Source: a virus (lineage: Duplodnaviria; Caudoviricetes). Taken from it: 64,000 bases of DNA. The stretch lies in the IMG/VR virus record IMGVR_UViG_3300042564_001469, positions 4,618 through 68,617 of that record; one strand, 5' to 3'. Each line of letters starts with the position of its first letter. The first letter of the stretch is position 1. The notes below the pieces were generated by a model. It was not told the DNA's origin and made no database searches. It saw only the letters and a program-made list of their open reading frames with translations. The translations under genes were made by a program, and so were the position numbers. This document shows positions 18,211 through 28,108 of the stretch, one piece after another.

Positions 18211-19425
18211 ATGGAAAAAATTAATGTATTAACAATCGCGTCGGATACCTCTGGGGTATCAAAATTTCGTACTGTTGATCCACACGTTAAACTACAAAAT
18301 ATGTACCCAGATGAATTTCACGTAGATATTGAGTATAGTGTTGACACAACGAATATAAGTTTTTGGAAAAAGTATCAAATTGTTCATTTTCACCGTAATA
18401 TCGGAAACGACTATGACTATTGTCCACAATTTATAAAATATTTACAATCAATTGGGATTGTTGTAATTATGGATATTGATGACTATTGGTTACCAACAAA
18501 AGAACATCCAATACAACAAATTATATTACAAAACAAAATTCACGAAAAAATTATCGCAAACATAAAAGTTTCAGATTATATAACAACAACAACTGAGATT
18601 TTTGCAAACGAGATTAGAAAATACAATAAAAACGTTATTGTATTACCAAACGCTATTGATCCGAATGAAGGTCAGTTTAATGAACCGACATTACCATCAG
18701 AAAAAATTCGTGTTGGTTGGTTGGGTGGATCCTCACATTTACACGATTTAAAATTATTAGATGGTATGGTATCAAAGTTGTCACCAATACAAGACAAATT
18801 ACAATACTATGTTTGTGGTTTTGATACTCGTGGTTCTGTTACGGAAATTAACCAACAAACAGGAGAAAAAACACAACGACCGATTACCCCTAGTGAAACA
18901 GTGTGGGTTAAATATGAAGAAATTTTTACAAGTAAATATAAAATCATAACACCAAAATATAAGGAATTTTTAGATACCTTTATTGAAGGTAATTACCCTA
19001 GTGTTGAGAAAGAAAATTACGTTAGGGTTTGGACGAGACCTGTTAATAGTTACGCTAAGAACTACTCAAAGTTTGACATATCTTTAGCACCAATCCAAAA
19101 CCATATTTTTAACAGAATGAAATCACAATTAAAGGTTATTGAAGCCGGGTTTTATAAAAAAGCATTAATTGCATCAAATGTTGGTCCATATACGATTGAT
19201 TTAAAACACGCTTTAGATAAAGGTCAATTTACAGATGGGAACGCATTACTTGTAAATGAGAACAACAACCATAGTGATTGGGCTAAGTTTGTTAAAAAAT
19301 TAGTTGACAATCCAAATTTTATTACCGATCTTGGTGAAAGACTATACGAAACAGTTAATGTGAAATACAATTTACAAAATGTTACCGAATTGCGAAAAGA
19401 ATTTTACAAATCCTTAATTAAATAA
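18211..19425 (+). CDS. GT-B fold glycosyltransferase
   Basis: DIDDYW, VIVLPNAID, RVGWLGGSSHLHDL, DISLAP...FNRMKSQLKVIEAG...IASNVGPY. Confidence 0.8.
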   Translation: MEKINVLTIASDTSGVSKFRTVDPHVKLQNMYPDEFHVDIEYSVDTTNISFWKKYQIVHFHRNIGNDYDYCPQFIKYLQSIGIVVIMDIDDYWLPTKEHPIQQIILQNKIHEKIIANIKVSDYITTTTEIFANEIRKYNKNVIVLPNAIDPNEGQFNEPTLPSEKIRVGWLGGSSHLHDLKLLDGMVSKLSPIQDKLQYYVCGFDTRGSVTEINQQTGEKTQRPITPSETVWVKYEEIFTSKYKIITPKYKEFLDTFIEGNYPSVEKENYVRVWTRPVNSYAKNYSKFDISLAPIQNHIFNRMKSQLKVIEAGFYKKALIASNVGPYTIDLKHALDKGQFTDGNALLVNENNNHSDWAKFVKKLVDNPNFITDLGERLYETVNVKYNLQNVTELRKEFYKSLIK

Positions 19426-19428
19426 TTT

Positions 19429-20148
19429 ATGATAAATATACCTATAACAAAAATTTTATTTTTAGACATTGAAACAGTTGGTGGTTATCCTGACTACGAC
19501 GCGTGTCAAAAATTCAGTCCTATTATTGCTGAACAATTTGATAAATATTACGATTGGTTTTTAAAACGTTTTCCCGAAGACGCAACAAAAGGATCGGATG
19601 AAAACGAAAGAAAAAACATTGTGTTCTCAACAAGAACCGCGTTAGTTCCAGAATTCGCAAAAATTGTTTGTGTATCCGTTGCTTTTGTCCTTGAGAATGG
19701 TGAGACAAAAAAACAATCATTTGTTGGTAATGATGAAAAAATCTTATTAAAAGATGTTAGATCGTTATTAGATAGATGTGAAAAACTTGGATTTTTCTTA
19801 TGTGGACACAATTTAAAGAATTTTGATATTCCAATGTTGGCAAAAAGAATGATTATTAATGGTATTAGACCATCAAAAATTTTACCATCATACGATACTA
19901 AACCTTGGGAGATTAAAGCAATTGACACCAAAGAAATTTGGCAATACGGTGCTTATACATCAATAGGTTCTTTAGACTTATTGTGTTCTTGTTTAGAAAT
20001 ACCAACACCAAAAGGTGGTGAGGTTACCGGTGCAACAGTACATAAAGCGTATTGGGAAGATCAAAAATTAAAAGAGATTGGCGAATATTGTGAAAGAGAT
20101 GTTGATGTTTTAGTTGATGCAATAATGAAATTAAAAAGTTTAGAATAA
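19429..20148 (+). CDS. DEDD 3'-5' exonuclease (PolB-like, stand-alone)
   Basis: LFLDIET (ExoI), GHNLKNFDIP (ExoII), YCERDV (ExoIII). Confidence 0.82.
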   Translation: MINIPITKILFLDIETVGGYPDYDACQKFSPIIAEQFDKYYDWFLKRFPEDATKGSDENERKNIVFSTRTALVPEFAKIVCVSVAFVLENGETKKQSFVGNDEKILLKDVRSLLDRCEKLGFFLCGHNLKNFDIPMLAKRMIINGIRPSKILPSYDTKPWEIKAIDTKEIWQYGAYTSIGSLDLLCSCLEIPTPKGGEVTGATVHKAYWEDQKLKEIGEYCERDVDVLVDAIMKLKSLE

Positions 20149-20807
20149 TGAATGATAATAAATTTGACGAGTTAAAAAACGTTTTGAATACAGATTTTGA
20201 TGATATTGATATTAACAGTATTGTTGGAGAACTAGGGATTGATTTTAATGAATTAGAAAAAACTTTAGATGAGTATCAACCAAAGATTGGGTTATATTAC
20301 ACTAACACTAATGAAACACTACCCCAACCAGAATACGCGTACATTACGGATTCAGGATTTGATTTGAGATCAACAGAAGAATTGGTAATTAAAGCCGGTG
20401 AACGAGCGTTGATTGGTACTGGGTTAAGTTTTGATATTCCAGACGGATATGAAATACAGGTTAGAAGTAAAAGTGGTTTAGCGTTAAAACAAGGTTTAAT
20501 GGTGTTAAATTCACCAGGAACTGTAGATTGTTTTTCTGAAGATATGAAAATTTTAACTGTGGATGGTGAAAAATTAATTAGTGAAATTAAAATGGGGGAA
20601 TTAGTTTATTCTTTTAACGAAGAAACTTTAGAAATTGAAAAAAACATAATTACCCAATTATTTGATACTGAAACACAAGAAATTCTAATCATAGAAACTG
20701 AAACAGGTGTATTAGAAGTAACACCAAATAGTGAAGTCTACACAACGAATGGTATTATTTTAGCAAAAAATTTAAAAAAAAATGATGAGGTTATAAACTT
20801 TTTTTAA
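20148..20807 (+). CDS. dut: dUTPase N-half fused to split intein N-part
   Basis: Motifs DSGFDL, RSKSGLA, NSPGTVD, then CFSEDMKILTVDG (intein block A; Cys1 codon at 20529). Confidence 0.88.
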   Translation: MNDNKFDELKNVLNTDFDDIDINSIVGELGIDFNELEKTLDEYQPKIGLYYTNTNETLPQPEYAYITDSGFDLRSTEELVIKAGERALIGTGLSFDIPDGYEIQVRSKSGLALKQGLMVLNSPGTVDCFSEDMKILTVDGEKLISEIKMGELVYSFNEETLEIEKNIITQLFDTETQEILIIETETGVLEVTPNSEVYTTNGIILAKNLKKNDEVINFF

Positions 20808-20816
20808 CCACCATAC

Positions 20817-20823
20817 TATTTAT
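20817..20823 (+). promoter_or_regulatory. candidate late-promoter motif for the endonuclease and dut C-half
   Basis: TATTTAT in the 36-nt gap after IntN. Confidence 0.5.
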
Positions 20824-20843
20824 CAATAAAGATAAGGAGTATT

Positions 20844-21728
20844 ATGGTAAAATGTTTAATTTGTGGTATTGAAAAACCGTCGTCTATTGTGGAACATATT
20901 AAATATGACCACAAAATCAAATCTGCTGATTATAAGGAGTTATATCCTGGGGCAAATGTTAAAAGTGAAGAATTTTTATTAAAACTAAAGACCAATGCGA
21001 AGGAATTATGGAATAATCCGGAATATAGGGAAAAACAGATAAAAATAAGAAATATCACACATAAAGACCCAGAATTCAAAAAAAAGATGTCAGAAAAAAT
21101 TAAAAAAATACATAAAGAAACACCTGAAGTTTTTTCAGGACTCACTAATTGGCATAAAACAGATGAATTTAAAGTTTGGGTGGTTTCTGAGGAAAGGAAG
21201 AATAAAATAAAAAAAACGACCAAGGAAAGATGGGAAAATGATGATTATAGAAATAAAACTATAGCGTCAATTAAAAAAGCCCTTAATGATGGTAGATGTA
21301 AAAAAAGTGTTGAATTTAGAGAAAAAATGTCAAAAAAAATATCAGAATTATATAGTTTAGGTATTTTAAAGAATGAAAAAAACAAATATAAAACAGGAAT
21401 ATACACATCTAAAAAAAATGAAAATTTTATTTACGCATCTTCCTACGAATTAGATGCTATGAAATTGTTTGACGAATCCGAACACATTAAAGAATGGACA
21501 AACAAACATGGTATTAGAATAAAGTACTATTATAATGATTTAAATAGACATTATGTTCCCGATTTTTTAGTTGACTTCAAAAACGGAAAATCGTATATTA
21601 TTGAAATGAAAGGATGGCACACTGAAGAGGTGGATGTTAAAAAATATTACACATTAAAAGTCTACCCTAACTATAAAATTTTCTATAATTTAGAAGAATT
21701 AAAAAACTTTATAAATGAAAACAAGTAA
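20844..21728 (+). CDS. free-standing putative homing endonuclease (TnsA-like PD-(D/E)XK)
   Basis: N-terminal CxxC...H...H finger, NUMOD-like KKMSE repeats, YASSYE...YVPDFLV...IIEMKG. Confidence 0.75.
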   Translation: MVKCLICGIEKPSSIVEHIKYDHKIKSADYKELYPGANVKSEEFLLKLKTNAKELWNNPEYREKQIKIRNITHKDPEFKKKMSEKIKKIHKETPEVFSGLTNWHKTDEFKVWVVSEERKNKIKKTTKERWENDDYRNKTIASIKKALNDGRCKKSVEFREKMSKKISELYSLGILKNEKNKYKTGIYTSKKNENFIYASSYELDAMKLFDESEHIKEWTNKHGIRIKYYYNDLNRHYVPDFLVDFKNGKSYIIEMKGWHTEEVDVKKYYTLKVYPNYKIFYNLEELKNFINENK

Positions 21729-22017
21729 GATAAAAAAAATTACAAAAACAGTTAAACAAACATATGACATTACTGTGTCTAATAATCATAATTTTTTTTG
21801 TAATAATCATTTAATACATAATTGTGGATACACTTCGGAAATTAAAGTTATATTGTTTAATACAAGTAAAGAAGATGTTACGATAAGTTTAGGTCAGAAA
21901 ATTGCTCAAGCGGTGTTATGTCCTGTTGTAAGTGGAAAATGGGTTAACTTAGTTAAAACAGATAAGATTGACGATAAAGATCGTAATAATAATGGATTTG
22001 GATCAACAGGAATATAA
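21715..22017 (+). CDS. dut: split intein C-part fused to dUTPase C-half
   Basis: TYDITVSNNHNFFCNNHLIHN|C (blocks F/G), then GYTSEIKVIL, KIAQAV and RNNNGFGSTG (dUTPase motifs III-V). Confidence 0.88.
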   Translation: MKTSKIKKITKTVKQTYDITVSNNHNFFCNNHLIHNCGYTSEIKVILFNTSKEDVTISLGQKIAQAVLCPVVSGKWVNLVKTDKIDDKDRNNNGFGSTGI

Positions 22018-22020
22018 AAT

Positions 22021-22569
22021 ATGGAACATTTTTATCAAAATTTAGACGGCTTCTCCGCCGAATCAGAACAAGGAGAGTTATTAAAAACTATTTTACAAAA
22101 CTTAATAGTTGATGAGGAATTAAAAATTGCGGAGATTGGAGTTTACAAAGGTAGAGGTACAGCAATGTGGAATGTCATATTAATCAACGAAGGTTTAAAC
22201 TATGATTATTATGCGATTGATCACTTCTTAGGTTCGTCAGAACATAATAGGACTTTTGACTATTACGGTACAACTTTAGAAAATTTGAAACCAATTATTG
22301 ATAAAATAAAAAAAAAAAAACACGACTCCACTTCCGAATCACAAAAATACCCTAACGAGTATTTTGATATTGTGTATATTGATGCGTCACACGAATATGA
22401 ATATGTTAAGCAAGATATTCTAAATTGGTTACCTAAAGTTAAACTAGGTGGGATAATTTGTGGTGATGATTATACTAGGGGTTGGCCTGGAGTTGTATTG
22501 GCGGTTAATGAGATCTTCGGAGATAATGTTAATATTGTTGGTAATCAACAATGGTGGTTAAAAAAATAA
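22021..22569 (+). CDS. class I SAM methyltransferase (Methyltransf_24-like)
   Basis: EIGVYKGRG, DIVYIDASHEY, GGIICGDDY. Confidence 0.82.
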   Translation: MEHFYQNLDGFSAESEQGELLKTILQNLIVDEELKIAEIGVYKGRGTAMWNVILINEGLNYDYYAIDHFLGSSEHNRTFDYYGTTLENLKPIIDKIKKKKHDSTSESQKYPNEYFDIVYIDASHEYEYVKQDILNWLPKVKLGGIICGDDYTRGWPGVVLAVNEIFGDNVNIVGNQQWWLKK

Positions 22570-22576
22570 TAATTAA

Positions 22577-23287
22577 ATGAAAGTTGCGTTAGTTTGTATT
22601 GCAAAAAATGAAGATCCATACATCCAAGAATGGATTGACTATAATAAAAAATTAGGGTTTGACGATATCTTTATTTATCAAAATGACTGGAGATGGGATG
22701 GTGAGTCGGAAAACGTACATAAGTTTGAGATTGATGGTATTAATAAACAACGTGAGGCTTATACTCACTTCATAAAAAAACACAAAAACGAGTATGAATG
22801 GGCTGCGTTTTTTGATGTTGATGAGTTTTTAGTATTAAAAAAACACGAAAACATACATTCATTTATTAATGACTATTCAGATTACCCAGCAATTGGTATT
22901 AACTGGTTTTTATTTGGTGATAGTGGTGTTAAAACAATTAATAACGAATATAGTGTTGTTAAAAGATTTACAATGCGAAAATCAACAATTGATCAACACG
23001 TTAAATGTATTGTTAAATTATCCGATGGTCTTACAATGGACATACATAATCCAAACCATAGTTGGTACGACACAGAAGGGAACATACATACTGGACCATT
23101 CAATAAAGTCGGAAAAAATGACGTTGCACAAATAAATCATTATTTTATTAAAACTGAAGAAGAATTTTCACTAAAATGTGATAGAGGTAGAGCAGATACT
23201 ACTAATAAACGAACAATAAATGAATTTCCACACCATAACTTTAATGAGGTTGAGGATCTTACAGCATATAATTTTTTTATCAAATGA
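22577..23287 (+). CDS. GT2/GT92-like glycosyltransferase
   Basis: CIAKNEDPYIQEW, WAAFFDVDEF, INHYFIKT. Confidence 0.8.
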   Translation: MKVALVCIAKNEDPYIQEWIDYNKKLGFDDIFIYQNDWRWDGESENVHKFEIDGINKQREAYTHFIKKHKNEYEWAAFFDVDEFLVLKKHENIHSFINDYSDYPAIGINWFLFGDSGVKTINNEYSVVKRFTMRKSTIDQHVKCIVKLSDGLTMDIHNPNHSWYDTEGNIHTGPFNKVGKNDVAQINHYFIKTEEEFSLKCDRGRADTTNKRTINEFPHHNFNEVEDLTAYNFFIK

Positions 23288-24795
23288 TTACAATAATATA
23301 CTCAACACATAAGGGCAAAGAGTATAACGATAAGTTTAACGACCATCTTATACTAACATCAGGACTCCAACACGTACAGGTATTACCGTATGAAAATTAC
23401 AACCAACACTCATTAACAGAACTTTACAACAAAGGTATTGGTGAATCAAAATATGACATCGTAGTATGCTGTCATAATGATATAAAACTTGAGAAAGGGT
23501 GGGGTGTAAAATTACTTGAGGATTTTAACAACAACCCAGAGTTTGGTATTATTGGTAAAGCCGGATCCTGCTATTTTCCAGAGTCAGGTGTTTATTGGGA
23601 AAAACTAACACAAACGATGGTTGGTCAAGTTTACCACCACCCACCAGGTGAGAAAAAGTTTTTAAGTCGGTTTTCTCCAAAATTACCATTTATTGTCCCA
23701 GTCGTTACAATTGATGGATTATTCATTTCTTTTAATAAGACAAAAGTTAAGTATACCTTTGATGAAACATACGGTAAATTTCATTTTTATGATCACGGAT
23801 TTTGTATGCCGAACTATCTTGATGGTGTTAAAATTGGTGTAACATCTTCGTTTGAAATAACACACGAATCTGTTGGAAGACCGAATGAGGAGTTCTACGA
23901 ATCAAAAGAAAAATTCTTGGAAAAATGGAAACAACACCTACCTTTGGATTTAAAGCCAACTGAACCATATGTACCAGAAATAAAAAGAAAAACTTTTAAA
24001 AAATTTGGTAAAGTTGCGGTTATTATACCAACAAAAGGTAAGGTTGATATGTTATTAGATTGTGTTAATTCATTTTATGATCATTGTGATACTAATGTTT
24101 TTAATTTATTTATTGCCGACACAGGTTCATCAGAAGATGAAAAAAAAGAAATTCGTGATAACACATCAAAATATGATAATATAAAATTAATTGAGTATGA
24201 TTACTATAATTTTGCCAAGATAAATAATGATGTTGTTAAAAACCACATAACAGATGAATATGAGTTTTTATTATTTTGTAATAATGACATTAAATTATTA
24301 AATGATGTTATTAGTGGGATGTTAGGTGTTTTTGAAAAAGATAAAAAAACGGGTACTGTTGGCGTAAGATTACATTTTGAGGATAATACAATCCAACACG
24401 ATGGTGTGTTAATACTACTAGAAAAACAATACAACAGAATACACGTTGGACACTTAAATTTAAAAAACTACTACAACTATTATAATCAATTAAAAGATGT
24501 TATTGGGAATACTGGTGGTTTAATGATGGTTCGTAAAAATTTATTTATTAAGTCCAATATGTTTAACGAAAACTACACAACTTGTTTTGAAGATGTTGAG
24601 TTAAATGTAATTATTAAATCTAGTGGTTTTACGAATTATGTATGTGGTGATTGTGTTGCATATCATTATGAATCACAAACAAGAAAAGAAGATTCTGAAG
24701 ATTTGATAAAATTAAATAATGATTACAAAAATCATTTGTTCCCTATTATTAGTCAAAAATGGGAGCAAATAAAAAATAAAGTTTTAATAAAATAA
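23284..24795 (+). CDS. two-domain GT-A glycosyltransferase
   Basis: N domain CCHNDI...IDGLF...FHFYD; C domain VIIPTK, FCNNDI, FEDVEL, HYESQTR. Confidence 0.82.
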   Translation: MITIIYSTHKGKEYNDKFNDHLILTSGLQHVQVLPYENYNQHSLTELYNKGIGESKYDIVVCCHNDIKLEKGWGVKLLEDFNNNPEFGIIGKAGSCYFPESGVYWEKLTQTMVGQVYHHPPGEKKFLSRFSPKLPFIVPVVTIDGLFISFNKTKVKYTFDETYGKFHFYDHGFCMPNYLDGVKIGVTSSFEITHESVGRPNEEFYESKEKFLEKWKQHLPLDLKPTEPYVPEIKRKTFKKFGKVAVIIPTKGKVDMLLDCVNSFYDHCDTNVFNLFIADTGSSEDEKKEIRDNTSKYDNIKLIEYDYYNFAKINNDVVKNHITDEYEFLLFCNNDIKLLNDVISGMLGVFEKDKKTGTVGVRLHFEDNTIQHDGVLILLEKQYNRIHVGHLNLKNYYNYYNQLKDVIGNTGGLMMVRKNLFIKSNMFNENYTTCFEDVELNVIIKSSGFTNYVCGDCVAYHYESQTRKEDSEDLIKLNNDYKNHLFPIISQKWEQIKNKVLIK

Positions 24796-24797
24796 TT

Positions 24798-25448
24798 ATG
24801 GCTAATGGTGTTTATAAAATAACAGAAGACTTTGAGAGATCCCTATCTGATTATACAGGTGCTCCGTATGTCATCACACTTGATAATCAAAGTAATGGTC
24901 TTTTTTTATCGTTATATTATGAAAAAAATATAAAAAAATCATTAAGTGGTAACACAATTACAATACCATCAAGAACCTACCCGTCAGTTCCGTGTGAAAT
25001 AATACATACCGGATTAAAGGTTGAATTCTATCCTGTTGAAGGTAAAACAATTAAGGGTTCATATAATTTGGTAGGTAGTAACGTTTGGGATTCAGCATTA
25101 AGTTTTACACACAATATGTATAAACCAAACACACATATGTGTATCTCGTTTACTGGCCCATATAAACACTTTAAACTATCTAAAGGTGGTGCAATATTAA
25201 CTGACGATTACGAAGCATATTTATGGTTTAAAAGAGCCAGATATAGTGGTAGACGAGAATGTTCATATCACGACGATCATTTTGATATGATTGGTTGGAA
25301 TTATTATATGATGCCAGAATTGGCTAGTAGGGGGTTACTATTGATGGGTCAATTTTACAATATTGACGGAACCCCAAAACATAATGAAGATCTAGAATTA
25401 CCTTACCCTGACTTATCTAAATTTGAAGTATATGGAAAAAATGGCTGA
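24798..25448 (+). CDS. DegT/DnrJ-family sugar aminotransferase (short)
   Basis: FERSLSDYTGA, TYPSVP, WDSA, SFTGPYKH...GGAILTDD, GWNYYM. Confidence 0.72.
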   Translation: MANGVYKITEDFERSLSDYTGAPYVITLDNQSNGLFLSLYYEKNIKKSLSGNTITIPSRTYPSVPCEIIHTGLKVEFYPVEGKTIKGSYNLVGSNVWDSALSFTHNMYKPNTHMCISFTGPYKHFKLSKGGAILTDDYEAYLWFKRARYSGRRECSYHDDHFDMIGWNYYMMPELASRGLLLMGQFYNIDGTPKHNEDLELPYPDLSKFEVYGKNG

Positions 25449-26163
25449 TTATTTTTTTGTTAAAAATTTATATAACTACGAAAAAGTTATACCACCACCA
25501 TCTAATTTATCAAAAAATTTAAAAACTGTATACATAACAGATACTGAAGAAAATAAATTAAAAGCATTAGATTTGGGTTGGGATATAGTTAAAAAAACAG
25601 ATATTTTTAATGGTGTTGATAATAAGTTTGATAGGAGAAAATCTATTGCATTTATAAATTCATACCCATTACGAGTTGTTCCAGAAATAACTGACGCTAG
25701 GTTTGTTTTTATATGTGATAGTAATATCATTAATCTTTGGAATTTTTATAATAACTTTGTTATGTCGTGTAGTGAAGATTTTACACTATTTGTAACATCT
25801 GGTTGTTATACTGGACATAGGGACACAATAACATCTGAATGTGACCATTCTTGTGTTACAAATAGGTGGTCGTATAATCATTACGAAATAAAAAATAGTA
25901 CTAATCGGTATATTAAGGATTTAAACGAAAAAAATGTAGATATTAACAAATTAAGTATAGTGTCAGCAAAATATATTGGATGGAATGTTAATCATCCCGA
26001 TTATAATTATTTATCTGATTTTTTATATAAAGAATACTCAGAAAATTTACAAGGTAATATTATTTTAACATATATGTCGGGAATTTTTAATGAAAAAATT
26101 TATAATTTCTACACAAATGACTATACTGGTGCTAGTCTAAATAATCATAATTATGACGCCTAA
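25441..26163 (+). CDS. hypothetical, possibly glycosyltransferase-like
   Basis: VYITD and ICDSN DxD-like elements; inside the glycan cluster. Confidence 0.5.
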   Translation: MADYFFVKNLYNYEKVIPPPSNLSKNLKTVYITDTEENKLKALDLGWDIVKKTDIFNGVDNKFDRRKSIAFINSYPLRVVPEITDARFVFICDSNIINLWNFYNNFVMSCSEDFTLFVTSGCYTGHRDTITSECDHSCVTNRWSYNHYEIKNSTNRYIKDLNEKNVDINKLSIVSAKYIGWNVNHPDYNYLSDFLYKEYSENLQGNIILTYMSGIFNEKIYNFYTNDYTGASLNNHNYDA

Positions 26164-26176
26164 AAAAAATAAAATA

Positions 26177-26770
26177 ATGAAGAAAGCGATAATTGGTAAC
26201 GGTGGCTTCGGAAGGGAAGTTAAAGCGTTACTACTGGATAATAATCCGTATGAAAATATTGTGTTTTTTGTTGATGATCAATACGTTAAAGAAGATTTAC
26301 GACCGATATCAAAATTAGACATTAATGAATATGAGGTGGTTGTTGCTATTGGTGACCCATTGGTGAGAAAAAAAATTATAAATAACTTACCGAAAAACAC
26401 AAAATTCTTTAGTGCTATCCATAAAAGTGTTCAGATTTTAGACACAAATATTGAAATCGGTGAAGGTAGTATTATTTGTTCTAATTGTGTTTTAACAACA
26501 AATATTAAAATAGGTAGACACACACATTTAAACCTACAAACAACAATTGGTCACGACACACAAATTGGTGACTACTTAACAACAGCACCTGGTGTTAAAA
26601 TTTCTGGAAATTGTAACATCGGTGATTGTGTTTACATTGGGACAAACGCATCAATTCGTGAAAAAATAAACATATGTAACGACGTTACAATTGGGTTAAA
26701 TGGTGGTGTTGTAAAACACATAAATGAATCGGGAACATATGTTGGTGTTCCTGTTAAAAAGTTAATTTAG
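26177..26770 (+). CDS. PglD/NeuD-like sugar acetyltransferase
   Basis: IIGNGGFGREV, VAIGDP, hexapeptide repeats, TIGHD, YVGVP. Confidence 0.85.
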   Translation: MKKAIIGNGGFGREVKALLLDNNPYENIVFFVDDQYVKEDLRPISKLDINEYEVVVAIGDPLVRKKIINNLPKNTKFFSAIHKSVQILDTNIEIGEGSIICSNCVLTTNIKIGRHTHLNLQTTIGHDTQIGDYLTTAPGVKISGNCNIGDCVYIGTNASIREKINICNDVTIGLNGGVVKHINESGTYVGVPVKKLI

Positions 26771-26771
26771 T

Positions 26772-27389
26772 ATGTTTAAAATAACGAAGGAATCTTTAGA
26801 TTTAACCAAAAAAATTTCACACGAAATAAACAACCAAACATTTCACCATCATTACCATATTCTATATGATATCGCACAATCATATGTTCCAGACTACGAA
26901 TTAAACTATTTAGAGATAGGGTGTTATGCCGGTGGTTCAGCATGTTTGTTACTACAAAGACCAAAAACAAATGTTATATCAATTGATTTAGGGCGACCAA
27001 TCTCAAAAAATATTGTCTTTAATAATATTAATAAACTAAATGTTCATAATAATAGTTATAATTATATTGAAGGAAGTTCTTTTGATATAGAAACGATAAC
27101 TAAGTTAGATACTATTCTAAAAGATAGAAAAGTAGATATTCTTTTTATAGATGGGGATCATTCATACGACGGGGTAAAAAAAGACTTTGACTTATACAAT
27201 AAATATGTAAAAGAGGGTGGATACATAGTATTTGACGATTATAACGACACAATACATTCACCTGAAGTTAAACCATCGGTTGACAATTTAGAGTTGTTAG
27301 GATATGATATTTTAGGTGAGTTTGGTAACGAGTTTGGTGCTAGACCAGAAAAACATAAACCAAATGAATTTGTTATAAGAAAAAAATGA
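26772..27389 (+). CDS. class I SAM methyltransferase
   Basis: YLEIGCYAGGS, DILFIDGDHSYDGV, GGYIVFDDY. Confidence 0.82.
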   Translation: MFKITKESLDLTKKISHEINNQTFHHHYHILYDIAQSYVPDYELNYLEIGCYAGGSACLLLQRPKTNVISIDLGRPISKNIVFNNINKLNVHNNSYNYIEGSSFDIETITKLDTILKDRKVDILFIDGDHSYDGVKKDFDLYNKYVKEGGYIVFDDYNDTIHSPEVKPSVDNLELLGYDILGEFGNEFGARPEKHKPNEFVIRKK

Positions 27390-28090
27390 ATAAATTAGGA
27401 ATTGTAATATCCACATACCAAAGAAATGACGGATCAACCCCAAAGTATTTAACTAGAACATTAGATTCAGTTTTTAATCAAACATACAAAAACTTTAAAA
27501 TATATTTAATTGGGGATAAATATGAGGATAATGAAGAAATAAACAATATCGTATCAAAATACGATAATGCAAAATTAATGTTTAAAAATTTACCCGTAGC
27601 TAAAGAACGAGATTTTTATACTAATAAGTGGGCTTTATGGTCGTATGGTGGGGTTAACGCAACAAATTATGGTATTGATCTGTCTATGTCTGAAGGTAAC
27701 CACTATATTTGTCATTTAGATCACGATGATTATTGGGGTGAAAAACATTTAGAGAATATCTATGATTGTATTGTTGGTGTCAAGTCAGATTGGATTTGCA
27801 CAAAAGCACAATATACAAATTTTGTTTTACCAAGAATAAATAGTGACCAAAAATACATAGATTACCAACCTAAAAAAGAATCATTAATACACTCGTCTGT
27901 TTGTATGAATTTTAATACAATACCATTAAGGTATCGTGACATTTTTGGTGAAACTGGAAGTGTTGGTTTACCAGCAGATGCTGACTTATGGGAAAGATGT
28001 CGTATGTTTATTTCAGACCATAAATTAAAAAGTACACTCATTAATGAATTAACTTGTTATCATCTTGAAGAAGGTTTTGAGAGAAGATAA
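27386..28090 (+). CDS. GT2 glycosyltransferase
   Basis: IVISTYQR, SVFNQTY, CHLDHDDYW, ADADLW. Confidence 0.8.
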   Translation: MNKLGIVISTYQRNDGSTPKYLTRTLDSVFNQTYKNFKIYLIGDKYEDNEEINNIVSKYDNAKLMFKNLPVAKERDFYTNKWALWSYGGVNATNYGIDLSMSEGNHYICHLDHDDYWGEKHLENIYDCIVGVKSDWICTKAQYTNFVLPRINSDQKYIDYQPKKESLIHSSVCMNFNTIPLRYRDIFGETGSVGLPADADLWERCRMFISDHKLKSTLINELTCYHLEEGFERR

Positions 28091-28108
28091 TATAAAAAAA
28101 ACTAAATT

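Larger units (their letters stand above)
20529..21822 (+). mobile_element. split intein plus free-standing endonuclease inserted in dUTPase motif III
   Basis: IntN 20529-20804 (92 aa), endonuclease ORF, IntC 21715-21822 (36 aa ending HN). Confidence 0.82.

Noticed and set aside
20844-21728. Tn7 transposon or T4 gp4 head-completion nuclease
   Set aside because: No TnsB/TnsC or transposon ends; position inside a split intein and added DNA-binding repeats fit a homing endonuclease
20148-22017. dUTPase pseudogene or group I intron
   Set aside because: Both halves keep all dUTPase motifs and intein splice junctions; gaps are too short for an intron core
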